Positions 22,841 to 35,845 of a stretch of 64,000 bases of DNA are shown piece by piece. Position 1 is the stretch's first letter; each line of letters starts with the position of its first letter. Origin of the DNA: Zootoca vivipara (lineage: Eukaryota); assembly GCF_963506605.1 (NCBI RefSeq), contig NC_083290.1:25296001-25360000 (forward strand), written 5' to 3'. The position numbers and the translations under genes were made by a program. The notes below the pieces were generated by a model. It saw only the letters and a list, made by a program, of their open reading frames with translations, ran no database searches and was not told the origin of the DNA.

Positions 22841-23104
22841 TCCCCCCCCCGCATTAAACAGAGTTAAATAGAGCAAAACTTCATCTGTTTCAATTCTTGT
22901 ATACTAGAAATTAAAGAACCTATTGATACATTCCCTGTCTTTGAACTGATGAATTCATCAATTTAACCCCTAAGCCAGATTGCATATATTTATTCCTTCA
23001 ACATGGACCTTTCTTTGGATGTTGGAGGCTGTGAAACGGATTTTAAAAGGTACCATAAGGATATAGTCAGGTATTTTAAAACGGTTTCCACTGTTGTGCT
23101 ATAG

Positions 23105-23240
23105 CAGGCATCCCCAAACTGCGGCCCTCCAGATGTTTTGGCCTACAACTCCCTTGATCCCTAGCTAACAGGACCAGTGGTCGGGGAAGATGGGAATTGT
23201 AGTCCAAAACATCTGGAGGGCTGAAGTTTGGGGGTGCCAG
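23105..23240. mobile_element. Palindromic hAT MITE (donor of the 16865-17080 duplication)
   Basis: TSD tgctatag/tggtatag. Confidence 0.9.
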
Positions 23241-23699
23241 TGGTATAGCAATCCTGGCAGCATCTGTGTCAAAAGTTCATTTTGGTGAAATGTCTTCAAA
23301 GTATCTGTCCACCTATTTAGTAGGAATAACTGAGTAGATATTTGAATATGTGTTTTAATAATCTTTGAAATCTAATAAATTTCATTCCAGAGTGACACAA
23401 CCTGTGGGCTTTCCCACCAGAGATGGGGGAAAGTTCGTTTATTCCCACAACCTGTCTGATGAGAGGTGTATTGGAATTTGGGGTAGTTGAATGGGTATGT
23501 GATACCGTCATTGATGAACATGCTAACTCAATGCAAATAGGCCAATGCTCATTACGACCCGATATCCTGATGACCAACGTCCTGTAATGCTTCCTCTGAA
23601 TCTGGGCTGGGAAAACTGCAGCCAATGGTGCATGTGTGGCCCTCAGCCTGATTTCACAAGGTGCAGCCTACTGCAGAAGCCCTTGATGGACTTGCTGCG

Positions 23700-23830
23700 T
23701 AGCTTGAGACTCTTAATCCCAGGGTTGTGGGTTCGAGTCCCACGTTGGGTGAAAGATTCCTGCATTGCAGGGGGTTGCACTAGATGGCCCTCGTGGCCCC
23801 TTCCAACTCTGCAGTTCTATGACTCTATCT
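23700..23830 (+). mobile_element. tRNA-head/CR1-tail SINE (minus-strand copy at ~28975-29075)
   Basis: gggttcgagtccc B-box, then gattcctgcattgcagggggttg...ttctatgactctat CR1-type tail. Confidence 0.75.
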
Positions 23831-25144
23831 CTGGGGGCAGGGAGCAAGGCAGCCTGGGTTCTGTGGTTATCTACAAGTGACCCCCAAAAAACCCATTTAC
23901 CAGTGCCAAGTGTTGCCCACAGAAAGCATTGTGTGCGGATAGCCACAGCTCAGCCTTTCCTACAGAGCTGTGACAGGGACTGGGGCCAGTCAGCTTGCCT
24001 CCCTCTGGTCCCAGATTCTCCAGTGTGAGAACAGTGACCCAATTTGGAAGAAAGGTCCTTTATTTTTAGCACGGGAAGGAAGCATGCTTTCTGCATTCTT
24101 GCCCAAAATAGGCCTTGTTGCACTCATTTTCCCCTAATGTCTCTGGACTACTCCCAGCTGCAGAACTTTCCCAGTGTCCAAGCGAGCTGCAAACCTCCTT
24201 GGGATTTCTGGTCTCACCTGGAGGCTCCAAGGACGCTGGGAAGAAGGAACCTTGTCGGTTTCCGCCAGCATCTGTGATACCAAAGCAATTTCTGTCTAGC
24301 TCTTTGCCAAGCTAAGCCAGGTGGTTGGATTTGATTGGACTTTGTGGGTGGGGCAGGGTTTTTACAAGGCCATTTACACAGGACTTGGTTTGGGGCTGAG
24401 GGATAGGTATATAGGGGGACACAGATACTTCAACTGGAAGGAGAGCTTAGAGAGGAATGGGAGATGTGGAGTTCAGGCTGACCTGGAGTGATCTCAGTTT
24501 TTACCAGCGCTGACCCCGACCTCCCTGCTCAGGGAAAGCATCGCCCGGGTCAACGCTGACGACAGACATCTGTTGCCAATGACGCTTGGGCTGTAAAGCC
24601 AGAGCCCCAGGCTGTGTCAGCCAGTTAACAAAGACACGCTGTGTCCTGCATCTTGCAATGGGACTGCAGCAGCATCACGAGCCAATATTTTACTGTTTTC
24701 CCCACTCAGCTGTGAAGAGGGCTGTGGGATCTGGAGCAAAAGGAGGATATCCAGTTTCATAGCTTCCCTGGATTTTGTTTATTTTTTATGGGAACAAATG
24801 CTGGGGGTGACGGACAATAGCCCGCTTTAATTGTGCAAGCCTACATTTCCTGGCATGCATTTGAATGCCTCCTGCAAAATACTGGTAGCATCCTATGCTT
24901 TGATTGGCAGCTGCCCAGGGTCTTAGCAATAAGAATCTTTAAGAAGAGCTTGCTAGGTCAGGCCAGTGGCCCATCTAGTCCAGCATCCTCTTCTCAACCA
25001 ATGGGAAACCCACAATAGGACCTGAAGCAACAGTAGCAGTGTCCCCACTTGAAATTCCCAGCAATTGGCATTCAGAGATATCCTGCCTCCAAGAGTGGAG
25101 GTAGAGCCTAGCCATTGTGACTAGTCAGATGGTCTGTCCACCTG

Positions 25145-25525
25145 GTGCAGGTGGTGCTGTGGTCTAAACCACTGAGCCTCTTGGGCTTGACGATCAGAAG
25201 GTTGGCAGTTCGAATTCCCGCGACGGGGTGAGCTCCCGTTGCTCTGTCCCAGCTTCTGCCAACCTAGCAGTTCAAAAGCATGCCAGTGCAAGTAGATAAA
25301 TAGGTACTACGGCGGCAGAAAGGTAAACGGCGTTTCCGTGCACTCTGGTTTCCGTCATGGTGTTCCGTTGCGCCAGTAGCGATTTAGTCATGCTGGCCAC
25401 AGGACCCGAAAAGCTGTCTGTGGACAAACACTGGCTCCCTAGGCCTGAAAGCGAGATGAGCACCGCAACACCATAGTCGCCTTTGACTGGACGTAACTGT
25501 CCAGGGATCCTTTACCTTTTTACCT
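25145..25525 (+). mobile_element. Sauria SINE (older subfamily) next to a CR1 3' UTR fragment (~24930-25125)
   Basis: Full head, body and tail (ctttacctttttacc). Confidence 0.88.
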
Positions 25526-26382
25526 GTCCTCTCACCTGCTACCTGGAGGTGCCAGGTAAGATCTCGCCACCCCACTGTCTCAAACAGATGGGGAGAGGGA
25601 TAACATTGAGTCTACAGATCGTGCAGAATGGGGTTGAGAGAAACCCAGTCTCCCAAGCAAAGGTAAACTGCTCCTGTCCTTAACTCTGCTAGTAGCCATT
25701 GATAGCCCTCCACGCTCCATGTATATTTATCCTAACTTCTTGTGGAGCGGAATTTCGCAAGATAATGAAGCACTCAATAAAATGCACTTCCTTTTCATCT
25801 ATCTCAGGCATGCCAACAATCCATTTCTTTTGATGATAGCGAGTTGTACTGCTCCTTTTATGCGAGAGAAAGGGAATACTGTAATCTCTCTCTGTTCTTT
25901 CCTCTTTGTCACTTGCAATGATTTTGGAAATGACTTCTCAAGCCCTCTCGCCAAATGGAGAACATTCAGGGATGTTTGTTTCATAACCCCCCCAATCCCT
26001 TACCGTGGTGCCCAAGCTTCTTTCCTGGAAGGAGATTAAATTATTGCTGACTGCATGTTTTGTTTTGATTTGATCTGTTTTTCCTAAGCGGAGATGTTCG
26101 CCCAGCAACTAAGTGAATCCACAGATCAATGCTTGGCCTAGCTTTGCTCTGTGATTGGGAAGGACACTTTCCCTATTGTTATTTTTTTCTCACTTCACAA
26201 TCATTTCTCTTGCGGTTGCGACTGGTATAGTCTTCTTTCCACCCAAGATTCACTAGCCTAACACTGCTCACTCTGCATACAAAAGGGTTTCAAGAGCTAA
26301 TTGACCCAGTTATTGCAACAGGGATTACATATATCTGCCCCAATACCGTAATGAGCACAAATCACCATGAATGCACAATTGA

Positions 26383-27482
26383 CAACCAAGATGATGACAG
26401 GTCTGGAAGCCAAGCCTGATGAGGAACAGTTGAAGGAGCTGGGTATGTTTAGCATGGAGATGGGAAGAATGAGAGGTGATATGATAGCCATCTTCAAATA
26501 TCTGAAGGGCTGTCACATGGAAGATGTAGCAATCTTGTTTTCTCCTGCTCTGGAGGGTAGGAGACAAACCAACAGTCAAGTTACAAGAAAGGAGATTCCG
26601 ACTAAACCTCAGGAAGAACTTTTATTATTAATTAAATTTGTATACTGCCCTATACCCGCAAGTCTCAGGGCAGTTCACAACACAAAAACACAAAATACAT
26701 AATCAAAAAATAAACAAGAACAACCCAATAACCCACCCACCCCAACACATTTTAAAAGGGCATTGTATGTCAGTTAGCCAAAGGTCTGGTTAAAGAGGAA
26801 TGTTTTTGCCTGGTGCCTAAAGCATAGCTGCCAAGTCTCCCGTATTCCCCGGGAAACCCCTGTTTTTCCAGCCATTCCCAGCTGGAAAAACTGATTTTTT
26901 TGTTTTCTCTCGGTTTACTTACCAGCCAGGGGAGGCTCCTTCTGCACATGTCTGGAGTCTCTGGACATGCGCAGAAGCGATTTCTGGCATGGCGGCCATT
27001 TTGGAACTGGGCAGAGCATGCTCAGAACCGACTTCCGGTGCTGCTCTACCCAGTTCCAAAATGGCGGCAGCGCTACTTCCGGTCTGCCAATCCCTTATTT
27101 TTCCGGCAGGAACTTGGCAGGTATGGCCTAAAGGTGTATAATGAAGGCACCAGCCAAACCTCCCTGGGGAGAGCATGAGGAGCCACTGCAGAAAAGGCCA
27201 CCCTCCGAACCTCACATGGAGGAGTAACACAAAGAAAGGCCTCAGAAGATAATCTTGCGGTTCAGAGGTTCATATGGAAAGAGGCTTTCTCACAGAAAGA
27301 GCTATTTGACAGTGCAGCCGGCACCCTTGGAAAGGAGTTGGTCTCTCCTTCATGGGAGGTTTTTAAGCAGAGGTTGGGTGGCCATCATCTGTCAGGGATT
27401 CTTTAGCTGTGATTCTTGCATTGAAGCTGTTGGACTAGGTGACTCTCAGGCTCCCTTCCAGATCTACAGTTTTATAATTCTA
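26383..27482 (+). mobile_element. CR1 3' fragment split by an L2 fragment (26623-27285, -), which is itself split by a hAT element
   Basis: TKMMTGLEAKPDEEQLKELGMFSMEMGRMRGDMIAIFKYLKG is a CR1 motif. CR1 resumes at ~27286 and ends in its tail. Confidence 0.8.
26823..27125. mobile_element. hAT MITE
   Basis: TIRs catagctgccaagt / acttggcaggtatg; perfect TSD gcctaaag. Confidence 0.9.
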
Positions 27483-27555
27483 AAAAAGGACACAGGGCGG
27501 TCCCTAAATAAGAAACTTCTTTTCCTGAAAAAGTTCACCAACCTCTCAGTCTAGG

Positions 27556-28286
27556 CAAAGTCCAGTTGAATACTACGTGGTGCAGCGCTCATCTTGCTTT
27601 CAGGCTGAGGGAGCCAGCGTTTGTCCACAGACAGCTTTCCGGGTCCTGTGGCCAGCATGGCTAAACCGCTTCTGGTGCAACAGATCACCGTGACGGAAAC
27701 CAGAGCTCACAGAAACATTGTTTACCTTCCCGCCGCAGCAGTACCTATTTATCTACTTGCACTGGTGTGCTTTTGAACTGCTAGGTTGGCAGGGGCTGGG
27801 ACAGAGCAACGGGAGCTCACCCCGTCATGGGGATTCGAAACACCGACCTTCCAATTGGCAAACCCAAGAGGGTCAGTGGTTTAGACCAGTGTTTCTCAAC
27901 CACTGTTCCGCGGCACACTAGCGTGCCACAAGACGCTGGCTGGTGTGCAGCGATGTGCGGCGACGAGAAGGGCGATTTGCATTGTCACGTGCCTGGCGGC
28001 CGCCAATATACAACACTGACCCGCCGGAAAGCAATATTTCTCCTCCTCTTTCCCAAAGCTCAATGCAAACGAGCCTGGCGGCCGCCAATACTCAGCACTC
28101 ACCCGCCGGAAAGCAATATTTGGCAAGTGTTTCTTACAGTCATAATTATAATATAGGGCGGCACAGAGTTAAATTTTTTAACCGTTTTAATGGTGGTGTG
28201 CCTCGTGATTTTTTTCACGGAACAAGTGTGCCGTGGCCCAAAAAAGGTTGAGAAACACTGGTTTAGACCACCACACCACCCACGTC
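27556..28286 (-). mobile_element. Sauria SINE interrupted in its head by a hAT MITE
   Basis: SINE body 27556-27886, resuming at 28261-28286. Confidence 0.85.
27887..28260. mobile_element. hAT (Charlie/Buster-type) MITE, 374 bp
   Basis: Perfect 15-bp TIR cagtgtttctcaacc; perfect TSD gtttagac; internal ~48-bp direct repeat. Confidence 0.95.
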
Positions 28287-31200
28287 AGTCTAATGGCTCC
28301 TTGGACAGCCAAACAACATAAAAGAAAAAGATAAATCAGCAGACTGCACTTAGATGGGTGCAGACGTTGGCTTTGAGTTGCATATGGCTGCCCTAAGCCC
28401 TCGCCCTAGTCTCCTTTTCCCCAGCCTTGGAGGCCACTACAGCCTTAGCAGACGCACAAGGAAGCTAAGCTGTATGTTTACACCCGTGTGCTGCTTTGCA
28501 AATGACTTTGACTCCTTGCCTTAAGCCTAATGGCTCAGCTGCTTGATGTCTGGCTGCATACAGACTCATTAACTCATTTCCTAGCTTGCGGTTGGATTGG
28601 GGGTCCGCTTAATTTATACATAAGAGGGACACCTGGGAAGAAGCCCCACAGCCAGTCCACAGGGAATCCTTCTCTGCGGTCCATCTCCAAGTGGCCAGCA
28701 GGAGAGAGAGAAATTAACAGGGGGAATCACCGTCCTCATTAAAGTTGTCGTCTGATCTTACCCCCCACAGCACTGGGCTCAGATTTGGCCAGACAAAGGA
28801 AGCAGATGTGGGGAGTAGGGGGGGGAGAAAGAGATAGGCTTAGGGGGATAAATCAGTCTTTGGTTTAGCTCACATCAAAGGGAGCTTTTCCAATAACACG
28901 GGGAGGGAGGTTGAGATCAAGGGATGGGGAAAGCTACCTCCAAGGCCACTGTTAGCATCCTTATTTCTGGACACAAAATCATAGAATTGCAGAGTCCAAC
29001 CCTCTGCGACGCAGGAATCTTTTTGCCCAATGTGGGGTTCAAACTCTGAGATTAAGGGTCTCACGCTCTGCCAACAGTCTCAAGTCTCTGAGGAAGTTGC
29101 CTGTCTGCCAACAGAACACAACCAGGGAAGAATCCCAACCTCTCTACAAAGGCTGTCCTCATATTTTTGATGCTGAAAAGCAGCTAAGCATTGAAACAGT
29201 CCACTTTAACAAAAAGTGAAATACCTTTGGTTATGTTATGTTCATATTCTAATTGTATTTTCAACCTCTCTTGCATCCCAAAATCAGATTACAAGTCAGT
29301 TTAAATGTAGAAACAAATAAATGCAGAATTATGAAACAGTTCCAACAAAAAACAGGATAAGAAGAAAGCAGACTTGGGCATCCTAAAGTCACCTATGGAG
29401 TCAACCATGGAACATTTTCATATCCACAATCTGTTAATTGCATCCCATGAATGCCTAGGCAAAATGCCTAGGGGGCTGGTCATGTTTCCAGGGGGAGTGC
29501 TTTCCACAGTTGGGGTGCCACCACAGAGAAGGCCTGAGCCCAGGGGTTCCCAATCTGTGGTCCATGAAGCACAGGTGGTCTGTGAGCTTGGTTCAGGTGG
29601 TCTGCAGCATGTCTGCAGAAATACAATTAAAAATCGTACCGCTTGTAGCACAGCACATTATAATTCACAGAACTGTAGAATTGTAGAGTTGGCAGGTACT
29701 TCCAAGGGTCATCTAGTCCAGCCCCCTGCACCAGATGTTGCTGCAACAGGCAGAGAAACCAAGACACTCAGCAATTTTCAAGTGGTTTGTGTGGGGAAAC
29801 AATGTTTGGGAACCATGGCCCTAGCCTGTGTCACCGTAAAAAATATCTCACCCAGTGATGAAGCCATGAGATCATCCCCGCCCTGAACTTAGAAAAGTGT
29901 CATGGGCACACACACACACACACACACACACAAATGTAGCCTCAAACTTGGGTCTCCCAATGTTGTTGGACCACAACTACCATCATCCCTGGCCATAGTC
30001 CTGCTAGCTAAGAATGATGGGAGTTGTAGTCCAACAACATCTGGGGACTCAAGGCTACCTTAGTGTTGAAGATGTCAAGGAGATAAAGGACTACACAACT
30101 TTAGGAAGAAATCTGAAGGCAGCAGTGTATTGGGAAGTTTTTTACATTTTATTATTTTTTATATTCTACTAGAAGCCACCCAGAATGGCTGGGGGGCCTG
30201 GCCAGATGGGCAGGGTATTATTATTATTATCATTATGATTATAAAGCACTGGTGATAGCTAAGGAGGGCTCTCAGCTTTTCCTGTTGAGGAAAAAACCCA
30301 AAACCTTATGGCTACATGACACATAGCTCTTTTTGTTCTAGATGAAGTTGCCTTTCTCTCTGCGTAACAGCTAAGCAGTGTGTAAACTGCACTGCCTATG
30401 GGCAAACCCACAATGCAGAAGGCTGTATCATTCTGCTTTCTCTGGTGCACAGAACATCACAATGAGTTTTAGCAAGGGGGGGGGGCTGTGGGACTTTTAT
30501 GAGCATTTGGGAATTGCATCCTTCTCTTCATGGGCCAGACTTTGGAGAACCACATTGTTGAATCACAAGTGTCACAAGTTGCCTCGGGTGCAATCCTGTA
30601 GGTCCTTGCTTCTGTCTGACTGGTGGGACAGTCATGGCTGAGCAACAGAAGGGACTTCGGTCAACAGTGAGCGTCATTATCCGTTCATCCAGCCTTCTCC
30701 TCACCCCCAGAATTGAGTGAGTCATTTGTTCCCCATTGCAGTAAAGATTCATTTGTGTCAAAGTCATATGAACAGCCACAATCCACTTCTCCTTCCTCCC
30801 TTTTTGCTCCATTTAGAAATGAGAAGCTTCTGGGTTGATGCATCTTTTACCTTTCAAGTTCACAAAAATATGTTATTGGGTTTCTCCTCCACACTTTCCA
30901 CTTTCCGTATTCCCAGAACCTTCAATAAATAACAGTTTCCAGCGATATTTGGGTAAGCCATGCACCTTATGCATGTGGCCAGGGTGTGCGAAACACCGAA
31001 AGGAGAAACTTACACTGGGAAAATAATGCAGGGAGAGGAGTTAAACCACCATAGTTCTATTCTGAATCTCTTGTGTTCCCTCCTTCCCAGTTTTCTTTAC
31101 TACTTCTTCTTCTTCTTTTTAAAGGGGAAATTCTCATCAGGTACATCTTGCACCTTGTCCACTTGCCCCTTGATCCATGTTTCCTACCATGCTGGTTCTT

Positions 31201-32100
31201 GGAATTGTGCCCTTTTGGCGAGCCCTGGGAAGTCCAAGCAGGGATCGCCATGGAAGAGATGGATTTTGTTTGGTCCGTGCCACTTGGGAGAAGTTGCACG
31301 TGAGCGGTTGCCAAATCAGATAACGGCACATTGTTTTGAAGCTCTTCTTGCAGTCCCTTGTTCCCACCAGTTTTAAGAAGATATGAAGAAGAAAAATTCC
31401 ACTGAGACTGGAGCTTTTTTCTAGGCGAGTTTATAAATAGAGTGTGATTGGGAGGGATGGAGAGAAGCAAAACTATCTGTACGTGAGATCTAAACTCCAT
31501 TCCCCACCATCTACACAATGTGCTCTCCAGCTGGGCAGGAAAGAGGAATGTGTTCTGAACATGGACGGAAATGGCTTTATAGAACGAATGGAGAGGGGAA
31601 GCATTTTTCCAGATTACCCTTACTTAGACCACATTTCCCTGAGGATCTAAGGGTGGCCGTGTAGATCCCTTGATTTGCTGTCATGGCGACTGAGCAGCTG
31701 CACGTGTGAACCAAATATTAAGTGATTTGTGCCCGCCCACCCTCATGTTGCAATATATGAGAGAGCTCCTTCACACATTGTCTAATGCTTTTTTATAGCC
31801 ACTAGGTGATGAACATGCATGCAGGAAAGAGCACAATCACTCTGCCTGAATTAGCATTTTGTGTTGCATTTACAATGGGAAATTATTCCTGACGAGGAAT
31901 AATAGAAAGGCCGCTCCATTCAATCTATCAGAGCAGACCTTCAGTTGCCCTGTTCTTTTTGCCTCTGGGACATCACAGGAAGATACTTTTGAATGGGTCA
32001 GACAATTTATAAATCTAGCCCAGTATGACCCACTGTAACTGGCAGTGCCAGTGGCTCTCCAAGATTTCAGCCAGAGCTCCTTCCCGTCACCTGCTTACTT

Positions 32101-32236
32101 CAGCATTTCCCAACCTTGGGCCACCAGCTGTTTTTGGACTACAACTCCCATCATCCCTAGCTAGCAAGACCAGTGGTCAGGAATGATGGGAATTGTAGTC
32201 CGAAAACAGCTGGAGGCCCAAGGTTGGGAAACACTG
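32101..32236. mobile_element. Palindromic hAT MITE, cagcatttcccaacc-type ends
   Basis: Perfect TSD gcttactt. Confidence 0.88.
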
Positions 32237-33582
32237 GCTTACTTGATTCTTTCAGAGATACCAGTGACCAAGGGCTGTCTCTTGCTTTTCATGGCTGCAG
32301 GGGGCAGTTTCCTCACGTTCAGCTCAGATAGGGGGAGAAGCAGGGAGAGAAGGGAGAAAACGTCCAGGACAAAATCGCTTCCAACAGCCCTGTCGCGTGC
32401 AAACCAGGGTGGAAGAACATTGGGCATGTGCATTACAAGAAAGTTACAAATGTGCTCTGATCTACAGATAAACTCCTTGCTGGGTTTGTTGTTGTTGTTG
32501 TTGTTGTTGCTCCTTCAGAGCTTTCAAGGGAGCAGCTGCTCTCCAACCAGACTGGCTTTATCTGATTCTTTTATCACAGAGACAGATTTTTGTGTACACG
32601 AGCAGAAGCTGGGCTAAGCCACTGGCTCAAGGACCAGATTGGTCCAAAGGATACCATTCTTACTACCGTCTAATAGGGAATTATAACGTCAGTCTGTGCT
32701 TCACTTTCCTGACGACATAAGCGATGATGCTCTTTCCCTACACTTTGGAAAGGGGTGCCCAATTCTACCTACTGTTAGGACTCAAACTCCCATCATCCCT
32801 GACCATGGACTATGCTCGCTGCAGCTGATGGGAGCTGGAGACCAACAACATATGGAGATTGCAAGGTTGGTGTAGCGTGCTGTGATGTGTCCCAAGATTT
32901 TCTTGGGTTCCCCTCCCCCCTCAAGGGTTTCTTAGCTTATCGTGTCCCCTCTCATGGAGCAGGGCTAATGATTCTGTGTGGATAAACAAGACCTGCTGTC
33001 TCTCTCAGCCCTACTTGGCCTTCCTTAGGAAATTTCCACATAGCTGCTATCTCAGCACCAGATCAGCACATACACACGGCTGTGTAAGGAATATGCATGT
33101 GTGCGTAATTGTTTTGAAAGGGCAAACCTTTGTCCCATCACAAACAGCTAATGAATTATCTCTGATGTGGGGACAAGATATATCATGAAGGTTTTTTTTT
33201 AATGGTGCTCAGTTCTATTTTTTTTATAGCAACAACTTTCACCCCAGTATTTTTTAAAAAAAATATTCTGCACATATCTGAAGTTGTGTTTTTTCCTAAA
33301 TGGTTTAAAAAAAAAATTTCCCTGTGGTTGCAATATTTGGGTTTTCATTTAGATTGGTCTTTATTTCAGCAAGGACTGGAGTAACAGAAAACAAAGAAGC
33401 TATGGAGAGGAGGGTGAAACTGGAAAGGAAGGAGGGAAGAGACCCCCTCAGCCACCACCTAATTGCAAGAGGAATTGATGAGACAAGGCAGCAAACCCCA
33501 CTCCATCAGCTCCTCCTCTCCCTGAGCTCTTTCCAGTCAAGCTAGTTATTCTGAGAACTTTTGAGATTTTAAAGGTCTGGGC

Positions 33583-33718
33583 CAGGCATAGGCAAACTCA
33601 GCCATCCAGCTGTTTTGAGACTACAATTCCCATAATCCCTGACCACTGGTCCTGTTAGCTAGGGATGATGGGAGTTGTAGTCCCAAAACATATGGAGGGC
33701 CGAGTTTGCCTATGCCTG
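33583..33718. mobile_element. Palindromic hAT MITE
   Basis: TIR caggcataggcaaact; TSD gtctgggc/gtctgagc. Confidence 0.88.
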
Positions 33719-35839
33719 GTCTGAGCTTTCCTTTTCTTTCTTTCTCTCTCTTTCTATCTCTCTCTTTCTTTCTTCTTCCCTCCTTATCCCTTTTTCCTTT
33801 TGGGTTCTGCTTTATAATAATAATAATAATAATTTATTATTTATACCCCGCCCATCTGGCCGGGTTCCCCCAGCCACTCTGGGCGGCTTCCAACAAAACA
33901 GAAATTCTAAAATACAGAGATCCATCAAACATTAAAATACAGAAATCCATCAAACATTAAAAGCTTCCCTAAACAGGGCTGCCTTGATAGCAAGCAAGCC
34001 TGAGGTCAGGGACTGTCTTGCCTGTTACTGATCTTCATGTATGCAACTTTTCAACTGGTAAAAACGTTTCCATTTCTTTTGTAAAACCACAAAGCCTGTC
34101 TGTATCAGGTTTCTGTACTCTGCATCGCCATTACAATTTACCTATTCTTTACATCACAACAGAATAAGGGAAAACCTTACCTCCACAGCTTGTGCATTAA
34201 AAAAAAAACATTTTCTGAAAGCATGAGACACAGCAACTTTGAATATTTTTTGTTAAAGGTGGTGTTCTAAGAAAGCCTAATTATGCGCCAGTTGCAATAT
34301 GCGTCTCCTTAAACAATCCAGTCTTTTATGCTTTCGCCACAGTCCCATTCACCCCTTGGAATTATTCCTTTGCAGAAGCCCATCTAGATCCCTCATTACT
34401 GGAGATCCAAAAGCAGCTGGTGGCTGTTTTCACTCTATTTCAGAAACCATTTCCTAAGAAGCAGTTAGTCCCATTTTTTTTGCCCTGCTGATGAGTATAT
34501 TGTTTTTATTGTCGCTTTTATATTGGTTTATGTCAGCCTTCCCTCAAGCCTTCTAGATGTTTTGGATTACAATTCCCATCTCCCCTGATCACTGACTAGG
34601 GCTGAAGGGAGTTTGAGTCCAACAACATCTGGAGGGCACTGCGTTGGGTAAGGCTGAGAAGGGAGTACTATATCATAGGAACATAGAAAGGTGTCGTATA
34701 CAGAGTTAAGCATTGGTCCACCTGGCTCAGTATTGTCTACACTAACCGGCAGCAGCTCTCCAGGGTCAGGAGTCTTTCCAAGCTCCACCAGATGCCAAGT
34801 ATTGAACCTGGGACCTTCTGCGTGCAAAGCTGATACTCTTGACACTGAACTACATCCATTCCACTTGCTTGTCTCCCAACAGCCATTTCTTCCCTCCGAA
34901 GCTGCTAAACCCTTAGATTCTATCTAGGTGAGCGTTTTCACCTGGAATCATGTAACCCAGGAGAAAAATAGCCAGCAGGAAAAGCATTATTTACAACCTC
35001 TGCATGAAAAGAAAAGAAAAAATCACAGCCAGCTGTGGCTGCTTTTCATGAAAAGCTGAGGCCTCCTTACATGTCTCTGTGTGTAATGTTCACCACCCCA
35101 GGCTCCTTTAGGAGGAAAAGTGGGTAGAAATTCAATAAACAGAATAAATAAAAATGAGCAACTTGCCCCTGAGCTATAAAAGTATGCCACTTGTCTTTCA
35201 GCCTCAGCCCATTCACTCACCCCATCCTCTGAAATTTTGGAAGAATGATACCAACCTGATTTACAGGGTTGCTACATCATCCCACCACATCTGCAAAGCA
35301 CTTTGAACACTCTTTTAAGTATTCATTGTTGTTATTGATTGTAAATTGCTTTTACTGTTATTAACAGAGAAACAGCTCATTCATAATATATGTTAACACC
35401 ACTATCATCACCCCAGGTGCATTCTTTAAATTCTTAATCAGCATTTTCCCAGCTTGCTCTGGAAACCTATCCAGCTAGCTCTCTCATCCTATAGTGGAGG
35501 ATTCCAGGGTGAGAGAGTCACTCAATTTAGGTTTCGCTTTCTTGGCTGAACTTCATGAAGGGAATCACAGTGGCTGCCAGAGAGACCACAATGATCTGGC
35601 CTGGCAAGATTTCAGCTGTGCCTCAAAAGGGGCTTTCCTTTGCAGAAGTGGTTGCTGGAATTTTAACTCACAGCAGCCCCAAGTCAGAATGCAGATAAGG
35701 AGCCAACCTCAGACTGAAGGATTAAATCTAGAGTTGGAAAATACCGACTGCAGAACGCTACCCAAGATAAGACTTGCTCTCAATAAGTTCTGGACGTCTT
35801 CAGAAACCTCATTCATTTAGACTTTCACACAGAAGCTGG

Positions 35840-35845
35840 TTTATT
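35840..35845 (-). terminator. Candidate RNF26 polyadenylation signal
   Basis: First minus-strand AATAAA noticed by eye downstream of the RNF26 stop, at the end of a repeat-poor 4-kb stretch. Confidence 0.35.

Noticed and set aside
23700-23752. tRNA-like sequence with B-box
   Set aside because: No complete cloverleaf, and it runs into a CR1-type tail; it is a SINE head.
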